Below the pieces are notes generated by a model. The model worked only from the letters and a program-made list of their open reading frames with translations, did not search any database and was not told the DNA's origin. Position numbers and translations under genes: made by a program. Below, piece by piece: positions 1 through 14,300 of a stretch of DNA of 64,000 bases (position 1 is its first letter; each line of letters starts with the position of its first letter). The DNA comes from Balanoglossus misakiensis (lineage: Eukaryota > Animalia > Hemichordata): positions 6,185,519 to 6,249,518 of the forward strand of contig CM082578.2 in assembly GCA_040954595.2 (NCBI GenBank), in the 5' to 3' direction.

Positions 1-465
1 TGTGAAAGTCATCTACAACATAGTTTTGGGGGGTGGGAAGTTAAAATGTATAGGCCAGCACGCAGTAATATCGGCCGTTTTCCCAGTGTTTTGACTGACT
101 GTGCGTGCTATTGAGGCTTGGACGCGCATGTACTGGCCGGGTGGGCTGCTCACCAAGGGGCGATTGTCGCCCCTTGAACTTGTTACAAGGGGCGATTCAA
201 GTGTAAAAGAGGGGGAATCGCGCGTCCTGGAGATCGAGAAAACACTGCTGGTTGTCGCACGCATGGTAGCCCAATCGGGCTACCACTGGTGTCAAATTGG
301 TAGCCCGATCGCAAACATTGGTAGTCTGTGGACGCGGGGCTACCGCGAATTTCGAGCCCTGTCTTCTATGATACGTAACCTCACTGCATACATCGATCCC
401 CAAGCTTGAAATTTTCCATTTTGTCATCGTTGCATATTTTTTTTCTAACAAATATTTTCTCACAG

Positions 466-3400
466 ATCAGTGTGGGTTGTAACTCCACCACAGCAAGTTC
501 CACCATACACCCAGTTCAACTGTCCTACTCCACTGATCACGGAGTCACCTGGTCTTACCTCGTGCCGCAATGTCTACCCTATGATCCACAATGCAATGGT
601 GCAGTCAGACAATCCAGTCTCTATTTTACTAACCAAGGGTGGAGGAAAGTTGTGATAAAACTGCCTGAAAAGATATTGGAGAGGTAATTATAAAATATCA
701 AAACAGATATTTTGATTGGATTGTTTCCACTTGAATGAAAGAAAATATTCCTGATGACGGCCTTTATAACATTTAATAAATACAAATGCTTATGTACAGC
801 TCTGAATCTGTGAAAAAAGAGAATAACAAGGTAATGACAGTAAATGACAGTGATAATTGGAAATCTCAAAATTGGATAATTCTACCAGTTACAAAAGATG
901 AATGTAGTTATGGATGAAAATGTGTATTTTGTAGTTCTGTATGTGATCTCTTCTTGAATCACCAAACTTTACTATTGTGAATTCATGGTTGAATATGCAA
1001 TCGCCGCATACAGCTACAGTGCCACTGACGCTATTTTCCCCCCCTTCTTGCAGACCTGTGAGATTCAGATGGTGGCAGGAAGGAACCGCATCCAGCTCAT
1101 CCACATACCCGCATTGGGCGCTAGACGATGTCTTCATTTCACAGCCCTGCACCGACGACTGCAATGGACACGGACTGTGTGATTACCCACAGTGCATCTG
1201 TGATGATGGTTTCTACGGCGATAACTGTGAACTGCAGGTCACCCGGCTACCAGTAAGGGGGTTTCTACCACAACATAGTTGTTTGTGTTGTTGTCATGTC
1301 TTGATTGTCACGTTCACACCAATCACCAATTTTTGGAAGAGCTTAAATTGTAAAATCTGCAAGGGCAAATTGAAATTTAAAGTGAAAACAGATGTGTTTT
1401 ACAATGTTCTTTTTGAGATCTTTTAAGTACTGCAGTGATGAATTTTTATCAGTGTGACATTAACTAGGACTAGTCTAATAATTTAAAAAAACAATATTTA
1501 TTCTAGACCACTTAATCCCATCATTGAAAACCATCTTGTGATCATTCTTAACTAATTTTTGGAAAATAATGATTAAATTAAAATACACATTACCACATAA
1601 CCAAATTGAAACTTCACAGGCAACAAGCTTTAAAAAGTGTTGTTCTTGTTTGAATTTCAGACGACGATCAAAGATCGTTTTGAAGCGACCACACTAGCAT
1701 CCTGGTGGGCCATAGTGCAGGGAGGGGACATTGTCAACGGGAGATACAGCTGTGGTGTGCTTCGTGAGGAATCCTCTCTCTATTTCAGTGGATATGGCAT
1801 CCGACAGGCAGAGACGGTCGATCTGGATCTTAGAGGGGCCAGGTATGACTACGCATATATTGTAGAGTCTTTGTGGAAATGTTGCTCAATTGCATGCTTA
1901 GCTTTATTGGGGGAGGGGTATAAAAATAGAATTTGTCATAAGAACAAATTGCTGTACATGTACAAATTTGTGATATGTTTGGGTATACTATTTATTTTGG
2001 TCAGATTTGGTCCTCACCAAGTCTGAGCATTGGGCCTCTCTGCAAAGTTCCACTGAACAAGTTTGAGACATGGGGCCACTAGGAAACTGAATTCATATGT
2101 CATTTCATTTATTTCTCACTCACTCACTCACTCACTCACTCACTTAACCATTGAAAATAATCATGTGAAAAAAATACACAAGGTTATAGTACTACATAAT
2201 GTCTTCTTTACACTCTGACAGTTTCATTCAATACCATGCGATGATTGGAAGCAAACAAGACACCATTCCGTGTCAGAGACCGCACACCAGAAACGAAAAT
2301 GTTATTTTGCAGTATTCCACGGATGGAGGTAAGGGTTATACACAAAGATTAGTTGCACATAAGATAATCATGTTGATGTCTCGATCCATTGAAGTTGGGT
2401 TTTTTTTTACACAGACACTATTTTCCTACATGTATTTTTCAGCCAATGCCTATAACCAAAAATCTTGATGAAAATACACATTATTATTTTTTTCAAAGTG
2501 TGTGAAACACCAAGCATGTGTTGACAATGATGTAATGGGAAATGAATGATACTTGATGAACTTTTTTTCCTTGTCTACTGTCAGGAATGAATTGGCAATT
2601 GCTTCACGAGATGGACTTTGAACATTACCAAACGCCGATGCACAACTATATCCCATTACCTGTGCAGGCAAGGACCAGAACGACCAAAATACGGTGGTGG
2701 CAACCGGTCGACATGGAAACCTACGAATATCAAGCACAATGGGCTCTTGATGACGTTTTTATAGGTACATTATTATGTTTGTTTTCAATTTCATTAAGTT
2801 TATTGTTTCGGTCACTTTCAATATTGTCTAGTGGGTTTAATCAGTTGCTTGTAAACACAGAAATACACACAGAAATGAGTTGAAAGGAATTTAAAATTTT
2901 TGTTAGAAAATGAATAGCCATGTATATGTATCGAAAGTGCAACAATCACAGGCTGCACTGGTTTATATATATTGGCTTGAATAAAAGGATTCCAAATATT
3001 TTAGGAAAAAATATTCCTTGAATAATAATAGCATTTCTGTCTTTGCAGCTTTAAAATACTGAATTTCATTCTGGTATAAAAACCTCCTTCCAAATTGCTC
3101 ATCAATTTGTTCTCTTTAACATTATTGACATATACACCTTGACTCGAAAGCCAAGATGAATGTTCTGTCTTACACAGTTCCTGAATCTGCAATAAATCTA
3201 TGATTTCTCGAAAACAACCAAACACATACACACAGAACGTTCAACTTGCAAAACTGACCCTTCATTACCCTGCAGGTGGCACCGAGATCAACCCCAGCTT
3301 CATCAACGACCGATTTGAGAACGACATCCAGGAAGACAACTGGGAATTCTATCCCAACAGCATCCTGGCGAGGGCGCTGTGTGGAAGCCAAGGAAGACAG

Positions 3401-6400
3401 CTGTACTGGCAAGGAGGCAAGGACGATGGAAGTGACAATGGAGTCACATCCAGACAGTTGATCGTCATGGAAGATTTCATGATACAGTTTAAGGTGCTTC
3501 GTCTGTTCATTGTTAAATTGCCCTTCTTTGGTGCAACTATTAATTGTAGACATTCTCACACTTGCTCAATCTGATTAAAATCAGATGTGGTGATAGTTTG
3601 GCGCATTCTGTTCTCTCGACTTTAGCTGTTCTTGGGCGTACAGAATGTAGGACCCTTCCAAACAGAACAGCAAAGAATCAGCAAAAGTAAAGACTACATC
3701 TGATTTTAATCAGATCATGGACGTAAAAAGAGATTGACATTCGCTTAGCTGAACATGACCATGACAGAATGGTCCATTGGGGAAATTTTGATTCTATGAA
3801 AACAAACATTTTGTTGTTTCTACTTATTTTTTTCACTCTATGAAACATCAATTTATAATTATTATAGAAACTTTGTATAGACTTTGTAGACATACATTGC
3901 CATGTCACACACTACAACGAATGGCGCAATGCACCAAGCTTGACACCATAACAACATATTTCAACCTCCATTTTTCCACTGGTGACGCAGATCATCGTCG
4001 GTTGCGGCAGTCAGACAGACACCTGCTCCAAGTTGGAACCGGTGCATTTGCAGTACAACACAGACCCTGTGAAACCGCAGTGGCAGTCACTGAGATCGTT
4101 GTGTTTGCCGGGCACTGTTGATCACGTGGCGTGCCTACCCCATCAGTACTACGAAGCCACAACGTACGACACCAGCGGGTTCAATGAGTGGACCAGGATC
4201 ACGATGCCATTACCAGATGTGGCAATCTCAAGGTATATGATATGTGACAGACTATATCCATTGAAACTTGGCAACCGAAACAAAATATTGAAAAAAAATC
4301 TGCACTTCATAAACTTTTGTATGACTGACAGTTATAGGCATCAGTGGTCTAACCTAGTTATTTGGTTTGGTGATAGAGAATTATGTAGTTTATACAAAAT
4401 TATTTTACACCAAATATAATCAAATACTTGAAATTCCCAAACAGCAAGTGCTCTTCCAAATTTTTAACAATGAAAAATGCATTTGTTGCCGGATGTGTGT
4501 AAATTGAAATCACTTTGAAATCTTCTAATCTTCAGCGGGGTTTTTCCACTGCACACAATAAGAAAATCCATTCACCAAAAGGTTTCAGGGGCTTCTCCCA
4601 GATTGTGTGAATTGTTGTCTGAAGAATAATACAGCCATTTTTGTTGCCTAGTTTCACTCAGTTCCGTTGGATCCAAACATTGCCTACCCGCTCTGCACCC
4701 AGCTGGTCTCTGGATGACATCTACATTGGCGAGAAGTGTCCAGACATGTGTAGTGGACATGGTGTCTGCTCTGAAACCAAGGAGTGTATCTGTGATCCTG
4801 GTTACCAAGGTAACATATCATCTATTCAGCTATTCACATGTTAAGTTTCCATTACAACCCTGCATGTGTTGTAGCCTGTCCACGCTGTTGTAGACCATAG
4901 AGGCCGAAGATCTCCGTCCCTTTTATAACACGTGTGAATGCAAAAATTTAAAGCCACTGATAAGAAATGTTTACTGACTTATGATAATCGCAAATAGGGC
5001 ACCGGCCCTCACCATGGCACATGTGGAACCATCTCAGGTTGGAGTGGTATATTGTTTTCACTGAATCTGTACATCACAGAACTCTGATAATATAGGATTT
5101 GTATGAATTACATGTACATATAGAATTGTAATCATGCACACGTACAATAGGAACTGTGGTGCGAACTGTTTATGTCGTCTCGAATGACTCTTCCATTCTC
5201 TCTGTTCAGGTGCCACCTGCAAGCCTTCTGCCAAGCTGCCCCATTACATGATTGAGACATTCGAGTCGGGTGTGGCGTCTTCAAAATGGTCTTCGGTGCG
5301 CGGCGGTTTGGTGGGCAGGGGATGTGGATCGCTGCTGCCATACGCCCATGGCAAGAGTCTGTACTTCAATGGGTGCGGTGTGCGAGAGGCCGTCACTGTG
5401 GAGTTAGACACCTCAAAGGCCAGGTATAAGATGATGTACTAACTGAATCATGAAGGCACTCTGACAGGTGCTGGATTTATAGTAGTTAGAGTCCTTTGTT
5501 TTCCACTGGAATTCTCAACAAATTAAGTCCTGATACTTGAAAAAAATTCGCTGAGAATCTTTAATAGGCCCAAGAAAGTGAATGCGGAAGATGTAGATGA
5601 TTGATAGCACACAAAATATGCACCATTGGAACATTTGCTAACATGGTCTTGAGAGATGTCAGTAGGTTAGCAAGGGAATCCAGCATTCTCACTGTCAACT
5701 AAAGAATCATGGCTCACTTCTTTATAATGAATTTTACTCCCCCTTGTATCCCCAATGTATCAACTGTTAAAGTGAACCAACATGCCGACTGCTTACACTT
5801 CAAAAGCCTCCAAGGCCCGATCAAACAGTGCAATTATCTTGTCATTTCAGTGAAATTCAGTTTGTCCTTCAAATCGGAAGTCGTGGCCAGACACCGACCT
5901 GCAACATTGGACTGAGAGCCGGTGAGAACACCGAGAACAAAGCTGTGTTGCTGCAGTACTCCATCAACAACGGCATCGACTGGGTTCTGGTCCAGTCCCA
6001 AGACGCCAACGACTATTTGAGTCCCAAGAGAGTCTCTTACGAGTTGCCGGGCAAAGCCAAGAGCAGAGCCACCAAGTTCCGCTGGTGGCAGCCCGAACAC
6101 AGCGGCATTGGGTTTGATCAGTGGGCCCTGGACCATGTGGAACTTATCTTGTGAGTTTCATTGTTTGATTGCTTGTTAATTTGTTTTGTTATATTCACCA
6201 AGTCCAGTGGTGTGTGTGTGTGGGGGGGGGGGGGGGGGGGGTGTAGGTAGGTACATGTACATGTAATAGTGTGAAATGAAAGTGGAGGTCATTATCACTG
6301 GTGAAGACAGCTAGGAGAGACAGAGTAGGTCTTTGTCTTGGTCCCAACCTGGCTGGAATAATGACTGTTCAAATACACAGAGACCAGATTACATAGAAAT

Positions 6401-6618
6401 GTATGTAATATGTCTGATCGTGTGCAAGAAGTTACAGCATCATGATTTATCAGTTTCGCAAATGGTTTTGGGTAAGCTGTGTTAGTACATAGCATGATTA
6501 ATAATCATATGTGTGATAAGCTGAGAAAATGCACTGAAATATTTTTGCTATTTTTTTTTGTAGGCCGAGAGAAGAGAAGATGCGTCACAGTTTTTACAAT
6601 GGACACGGAAGGAGATAG
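466..6618 (+). CDS. RELN: Reelin, 3' part (last reelin repeats with EGF modules and basic C-terminal region); 5' part lies upstream of the window
   Basis: GT-AG exons 466-683, 1054-1252, 1661-1842, 2222-2328, 2585-2764, 3276-3493, 3991-4232, 4652-4809, 5210-5423, 5851-6150, 6564-6618 join in frame. Repeated Asp-box motifs (LSYSTDHGVTW, LQYSTDGG, LQYSINNGIDW), RFRWWQ...WALDDV motifs and EGF-like CxxxCxGHGxC units; ends WALDHVELILPREEKMRHSFYNGHGRR*. Confidence 0.95.
2115..2143. repeat. (CACT)n microsatellite
   Basis: Visible tandem tetranucleotide run in a Reelin intron. Confidence 0.9.
4905..5005 (+). repeat. Degenerate fragment related to the right part of the Harbinger-like element at 19379-20561
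   Basis: ccgtcccttttataacacgtgtgaatgcaaaa...ctgataagaaatgttt aligns by eye with ccgtcccttttatacacatgtgaatgcaaaa...ctgataagaaatgttt at about 20446-20530. Confidence 0.75.
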
Positions 6619-8342
6619 AATCTCCCCGCGACGGCCATCCAGCAGTATGGATGTTAAGACTGGACAACAATCACTGTTTTTTCACAGTACTTTGTATCTT
6701 GTAGGAGTTTTGTAATTATAGAGGCAGGTTAATGCCAACTCAATATGCTATTTTGACGATGTTTGTAGTCTAACTTTCTGAAATTGAATGAAGTTTTTAT
6801 ATATTATATATATCAACAAGGTATACTTGTACTATTGAGAATAGAAGATCCTAGAAGGATCACCTCAGATATAAACAACACAAAATCACTGACATTTAAA
6901 AGAATTTTTCAAGTTTATTCTAGACAATAAAACAGACTTTTCAGAACAGGGAATTTGTCAATAAGATATGAAAATACTATAATTGTGATCTAAAAACGTT
7001 AAAACAATGCCAGTGAAAGGCACATTTTGTGTGGATTGAACGAATGGGACAAATTAGTTGTAGTTATACGGCTGCCGTTTTGTGCGTCCTTCGAGATGTG
7101 AACAGTTTCCTATCAGGATGGAAAGATTTTCACAGCTGTAGGAAAAATAAAACTTGTGCAGACATTGCCTCGTTAGCTATCTTGATGATTCATTCTGTCT
7201 CTTGGTAGGAAAGACAAGGAGATGATTGAAATAAACACAAAGCAAATTGCAAATGCATCTTTGGTAACCAATACTGGATACACACACCCATACAGTTCAC
7301 ACAGTTGTTAGGAATATACTCAAAAACCTGTCAATGATCGTACAGCTGTATATAAAGTTGCATTACAGGCATCATCATTTCAGTTTAGTTTTCTTCCCCC
7401 AACCATAAGATGAAGGCTATGCATATGTTATAACACATAGACTGATCAAAAGGAAAACTGTCTTCTTATAAGTGTTATACCGGTATGTAACACCAGTGTT
7501 AATTAACCTGTGAGGGCGGGTTTGTAAACATTTCATCTTCTTGTCTGATTGATAATGGTTATAATAAACCTAAATTTTCTTTCCACATGTGCACCGAGTA
7601 CAAAACAATGTACAGTCAATGCCATGGCAGAAACAATTTACTAAACAGAACACACATTGCACACATTAATTATGGGGATGTTACTAGTATGAGGGGCTGC
7701 AAAAGCTGTATGTTTGAGAGGGAAATAGATCAAGACTGTTATTACGAATCCTCAGTCTTCACTGGAAATACCAGGTCACAAAGTTTGTCATTTCACAAAA
7801 TATACACTAGCAATGAAAATATCCTCCCCAACTGAGTGTTCTAATGATTGGTAGGTGATTAACATTGTAAATGAACAAGTAGCATACATATTTCAGGGGA
7901 TGAAAGGGGCACACCCAGACTGGTTGCAAATCCATGAAAATAATAATTTACACCAACAACCTGACAATTGTGTTTAATCCAAAAGTTATTCTAAGCTCAA
8001 AACATAGCATTCATTTAAAAGAAACTTGACAGTTTTTATACTTGATAAATACTTCATGAACTTAAAAGTTGAACTGAGTGGTTTTGCCGTACAGCCTTAT
8101 AAACACAAAATAAAAGCGTTTCATTAAAAATCCATTGAAAGATGTTGATTTAAAACAATGTCACAGTATTTCTTTAAAAAAAATCCTACTTCTGTTTTTA
8201 AAAACCAAGGCAAGACCCTGATGCACAACGGTCATTATTTTCACTGTAACTGTATTTTTCCTTGTGTCTTGAAATGAACATAACTGCAACGGGGACAAAT
8301 TCTGCCAAGTCCTTTCATCAGTTAACTTATATGCATCTCCCA

Positions 8343-11300
8343 TCATTGGAATATACCCCTGTAGATGCAGGAACCCGACCAGTGGACGATACGATAGCCT
8401 CCCCACGCCAGCAATCCCAACAGAGTTGCACGGAAGGTCCAATGGAAAATTTTGCCAGCAAGAGTTGGATCTGGAACACTAATAAACAGGAATACAAATT
8501 AATTTACTATTGAGTTAAAACTTTGATTTAATATTAAAGGTTACAGTGATACTTAGCAGTGTTATACTAAAAGAAAATTGTTCAGTCTGTGAAGAAGCAG
8601 AATGACTTCGTAAATCTTAGCACTGTGTGGCACGGGTGAGAGGTATTCATGGATTCATTCAGAGTGCAGATCTACTACTAGCACTGGGAAAACTACTGTC
8701 AGCAGCATGCTATTGTGAGAATAAATTCAGTACTGAGTAGGTTTTCCTTTGTAGGATCTTGAGAAGTCTGAACCCAACGTCAGTGTAGAGCTCACACAAT
8801 GAGATCACATGAAGAATAGCATTTCTAAATTGCTGTGCCCTTGAGTCAATCTGAGAATATTTTTGAAGTCAGTTCTATAAATGGGTTTTCGTGTTAAGCT
8901 TTGTCAATACTGAATCCAGGAAAATATGTGTGTTGGTGGCACACAACTGCCTCCGTCTGTACTTTAGACGTGCATGTAATGTTAGCATGAAGTTGAAGCC
9001 TCACCTCATGAGTCGTCTGACGTCTTTCGGTTTATTCCAATTGTCAACAATTCCTGGAACGTGGCCCATCCCGACGACACCCACAACAACAGAGGGAAGG
9101 TAGCCTACAAGTTCAGGAAAATGCGGAATGCTTTATAAAGGATGACCAGCCTTTGAAACATGGCAGCACTTCTGCAGCAAGCATAACAAATCGTCAAAAG
9201 TTCATTTCACTTTTTTTACAAATAATGCCAGAGATATTTTCGTCAAACCTGATTGCTAAATAGAAATACTCTTGATTTTGGTTAAAAGACAATATAACAT
9301 GGATACGTACCAGATTCAAAAGTAATGGGTCTGGATGCCCTTTGCAAAGAGTGGGCAAGAAAGACATCTCTCTCATCGACAAACACACGACTCAGTCCAG
9401 GGAATTCCCCCGTCATTTCGCTCAACATCTCCTCCAACAGATCCTTTTGTTTGCATTTTTCTACATCCTCTTTCCTGGAAAAACAAACATGCATATTCCA
9501 TCCGGTCAGCCTTCACTGGGTTTTTCCCCTGGTCTACGAGTAAAAAGCAATGAAGCCTAATTTTTTAAATATCTAATGTGTAAAGAAGGTATACGTACGT
9601 AATTGAATCTTTTGAGGTAATGAGATGCCATGCTAGTTTACACTTCTGCCAGACAGACAACTGCGCCATGGCCCTGCGTAGTGTGATTTGTATGGGGCGG
9701 TCTCCCAATTGAATTTGACAACCTGGAATTTTCTGTGCCTGTAAATTGAAAAACAATCAGGAGACATGATGTCACTTGACAGCCCTTACTGTAAGTTGTG
9801 TCCATTCGCTATATAAAGATACGCTTGGCAATTTCAGTTACACTTTGCAACGCTATGCTGACCCTGAGGTCTACTGAGAATGCCAACTTTATACAGCACA
9901 GAATGACGGCAGCGTAGCAAACCAGGTGCTGCATTTGATTTTGAAAGACTAACAAGTCACACAATAACAACTAATCATTCTCACCTCTTGAAAAGCTCTC
10001 CTGAATTCACCACCGGGGGCCATTCCTAGTTCTTTGGTGAGATGAGCAGACATGCTCAGAAGAAGTATCTGCATAACACCAGTGATTAAACCACTCTGTG
10101 AAAGGAACAATACTTGGATTATCACTTGCATGTAATGTAATTTTACGGAAACAATCAAATGATCAGTGAATGAAATTAGGCTTTACTATTGGACATATTA
10201 CATGATCAAATGTTCTCATTACCAGAAGTATATATGGAGGGAAGTAGCAAAAGTTGCAGCTATGCAATGCTAGTCAAGCATAATTCCTATTTACGAAATC
10301 ATGTATTAAAATGAAGAATGTGACAGCATAAAAATATCAGTATTGTCACAACACTTGGTCATTAAAGCTTTCTGTGTGTTACACTTCAGTCTAATCCTAT
10401 CTACCGGTACTTCCATTGTCAGATCCACCTTTTGTGCAAGGGTTTCTTGATAATAGAATTACATCTTTTTAATCCATTGAAAACAATCTCTCAATCACTA
10501 ATCTCACAGACACCATTTTCAATCATCAATAGAAATTGAGTAATGAAAGACACGATGACAGTCCGAGTGTCTGACCTGTTTGATAGACATCCTCAGTTTC
10601 TGTAAGTTGATATCTTTGGCTTCTTCCTCGAGCGCCTTCTCATCGTACTGCAGAACGTTGAGTCGACTTTCGCATAATTCCAGCATGACCACGTCAGGCT
10701 GTACGCTCTGTATGATCTGATATTTGAGCACAGAACGAGAGGAGTAAATAACTCACGGACACATAAACCTGTGACAGTGCATATTCTGATGATCACAGTT
10801 AGACATGTACAAGGGGTATCTTGCCATATTCATTATCAGCGAACATCCTACAATCATACAACATATAGCAGTCCCCCCCCCCCCATCAAAAAAATTATTA
10901 CCAAGCCCTTATCACTACAGTGCATGAAAATACTGGATCCAACTATTTGTATTTATTTATTTTTGACGATAGTCTGGTTAACTCTATCATTTTTCTGTCC
11001 CTAAAATTGTTTAACAAGGTATTAGTCAGGTGGAGATTCGAGAAATTGTGACCCCCTCTGGCATTTTTTGGTACAAGCAAACCAAATATGTTTTTTGGTC
11101 AATTCGACTACGCTGATTTCGAAAATGCCTGTTCCCAAAAGATCTTTTTGAGATAAGAGCCTCGTTTTGGCAAATCAAATATGGCCGCCAAGGATCGCAA
11201 TTCTCACATGAATAGCATCAAAGAAATGTTCACGTACCTCCTTAAACAATGAAAATAAACTACATGTTTACATCAACAACTTTTTTGGTTGAATAAACAC

Positions 11301-14300
11301 AAAATAGCAATAATAAAACAATAATTATGCACAAATTTGCATATTGTATGAATAATTCGTTGATTTTTGGCTACCAAATAATAATAAAGCTAGGTGTAAC
11401 AGTACATGTACTGAAAACTCACAACCATTGGAAAAAATTACCTTTTCTTTATTTTAATAAAGGACTTAAACCTTGTTCAAAACAATACTTCAAGTGTGAA
11501 GTTCATTTTGAGATAAGAGCCTCGATGTGGCAATTCAATATGGCCGTCTAAAGCCCTGTAGTGGAGCGGCCAAACCCTAATTTTCATAGCGATTGTGCAT
11601 TTTGTGATAAAAGCACCAAACTTGGCTCAGATGTGTGTTAATGTGTACTAAACAAATTCAGATAGCGAGCCACTAAATATCTGTTGATGAGTTTCCATGG
11701 CAACCAATTTTTCAAAATGGCCACCAATACAGATAATTTCACCCACCAAATAACATCTGTGAACACCAAAATAAATTTAGATTTCTATATTTGATACAAG
11801 GAACAGTGGAAACAATGATTTTCAAAGATATTATGGTTACTAAACTACTTATAGGGGTAAGTAAGTTATTAAAACACAATTTAACGGCGCAACTTTTAAT
11901 CCCTTTGTTCTCGGATTAATAGGTGCTCCTCTAGAAATCAAACCATACTGTCTATGGTCAAACATTAGGCTAATTGCGATATTTAACTTGCAGTACGTAA
12001 ATTACACATATGAATCACAACAGTTTACCACCTTAGCTAATGATAATCATATAAACAGATCACCGATATATCAGATTTGCACACGGATGTAGGCTTGGCT
12101 TACTCGTGACTGGTAAAATTTCCTTATCAACTTGATAGGAGAGTCTACTGCCCGAAATAGACGTTGATCCAAACTGAGTCCGCGGTCGTCACGTTTATTG
12201 GTCGTCAGACATACACATAGGGCCTCAAACGCAATGCAATCTAAATGGACCCCGGGTAACGAACCATGCGAAAATGTCGGCTTTGTTTCGACCACAATCG
12301 CGACCGCAGCGTTGACAACGTTTTTTCGGGGCGTTGATGTTTGTCAAAATGCCATAGGAAATTTAAGAAACTTAAGTCGAATTGCTGAAACGTTAATAAT
12401 CGACCATATGTCTTGATACTTTAGATCATGTATCAGTTCCACTCCAGCAATTTTGTCGACTGTTAACTGAGTTGACCAAAAAATAAATGGTGTCTATGAT
12501 TCCAAACTCATAAAAATTACAGCGGAGGACACAACATTATTTTATTTGTCGAGAATAGTGTCCATCATGCCATAAATATTGTCAAAAATGTGTGTTAATT
12601 ATAGAAACCCAACTAAATATACAAGCAGTTGGCCTTTAGATTGGTAAATGGAAAACAGGTCTTATTGCAATTTTCTGGGATTAGGTGGCCCAATGCTCCC
12701 AACAAGTCACTTGGAATGTACTTCCATTCTAATATCTCAATGTGTAATCTGACTTTGCAAGAGATATTACGGAAAACTTCATTTCATTTAATAGCATGAA
12801 GTAAGCGAAATCTTACTCTTTACAGAAAAGCTGTGATCCTGAAGACTTTTGGTGTTTTGAAGCTTATTTTCACTTTATCATTTTATTCTTTGATTTTGGG
12901 GGTTCAAAAATACACAAAATAACATGTCAAAATAGAACTGCTGACTATCATCAAGGTGCGATTAAAATTATCGATAACTTGAGCAATACAAAGCACTTCA
13001 AGCGACTTCATCAAAACGCTTTCCGAAGGACAAGTATTGGATGAAAAGTTTGAAACAGATTTTGATTTGGATTCCTAACATCTATCTATGTACATGCAAC
13101 CTAGACATAGTTAGTTTCTATTGTAACTTTAACAAACCAATCGACTGTCATGATACTGGATTTCTGCCACCATTTTATGGGGAAGTGATTCTTTATTTGC
13201 ATGAATCATTTGATGAAGATAAAATAGAAAAGCTAGATTCTGCACTGATTCAAACTGGTCAGATCAATTTATAAGGTTGAGAAACAAGATGCCGTTTTTC
13301 CTGGGTTGACTAAATTTGGAATTTTGTTCATCAAAGATATTTTTATGGGGAAAAGAACGAATCAACTGAGCTTTACTTGTTAAACTTTTATCACAAAATG
13401 CCCAAATGTTACGAAAATTGTGTTTATGCCAGGCCACTATTATAATATATATATGGTTATACAGTGTTTTAACTAAGTTTGTTGTAACCGGGGTTATTAC
13501 CAAACTTGAATTTCTTTAGCGACTGAATCTCGATCCTGTATTTACCCCTATAACTAGTTTAGTGATGATAAATATTTTGAAAATTACTCTTTGAGCAGTT
13601 TCTTGTTTCAAATATTGTAATATGAATTTATTTTGGTGTTTTATAATTGGTATTTTGTGGGTGAGATTATCTGTATTGGCGGCCATTTTGAAAAAATTGC
13701 CATGGAAACTCATCAACAGATATTGTGGCTCGCTATCTGAATTTGTTTAGTACACATTAACACACATCTGAGCCAAGTACGACACCCAAGTGGATTAAAC
13801 ATACATGTATATATGTTGCCTCACTGACACAATCTTCACTTTGCACACAGTATCATATATAAAACCGTAATAAAAATACACATTACTCTTTACTTATGAA
13901 GAGAAATTGTTGTTAGAGACCGGGTTTCAAAAAAACACCGAGGACGTCGGGCCATCAGTGTTCATTCAACGTCTTATAACTAAGCATGAATATACGGTGC
14001 TGGCATAATGTGAGTGTGGCCATACGATGCTTTCGCTATTAATGAACAACTTGTACGTTAACAAATGTCAGTTTTGTTGGCAAAAAGTATGTTTTTGGCT
14101 TTTCACAACATTGAAAATACATTCATAGTTCAATAACTTGTGAATTGTGGACCTAAACGTTCATACGTTCAATGTTCTGGTGTTTTTTAACGGAGCGGTC
14201 GGTCACGATGTTACCAGCGAGCATGTACAGTCTAAACTAAATCCTCGTTGTGTATGTTTACTTGTTTGTTTCTTTGTTAGTTTGTTTGATTTTGTTGTTT

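Noticed and set aside
13-463. Overlapping ORFs 13-264, 101-409 and 197-463
   Set aside because: They lie in a Reelin intron and show no recognisable motifs. The GC-richer stretch may be a repeat fragment, but I could not define its ends.
6222-6241. Poly-G and poly-C runs (also about 25631 and 32202) as functional G-quadruplexes
   Set aside because: Simple homopolymers that recur in introns throughout the window.
12071-12416. Internal ORFs of the 4.3-kb element as transposase remnants
   Set aside because: No DDE or other recognisable motif; BLASTX would be needed.
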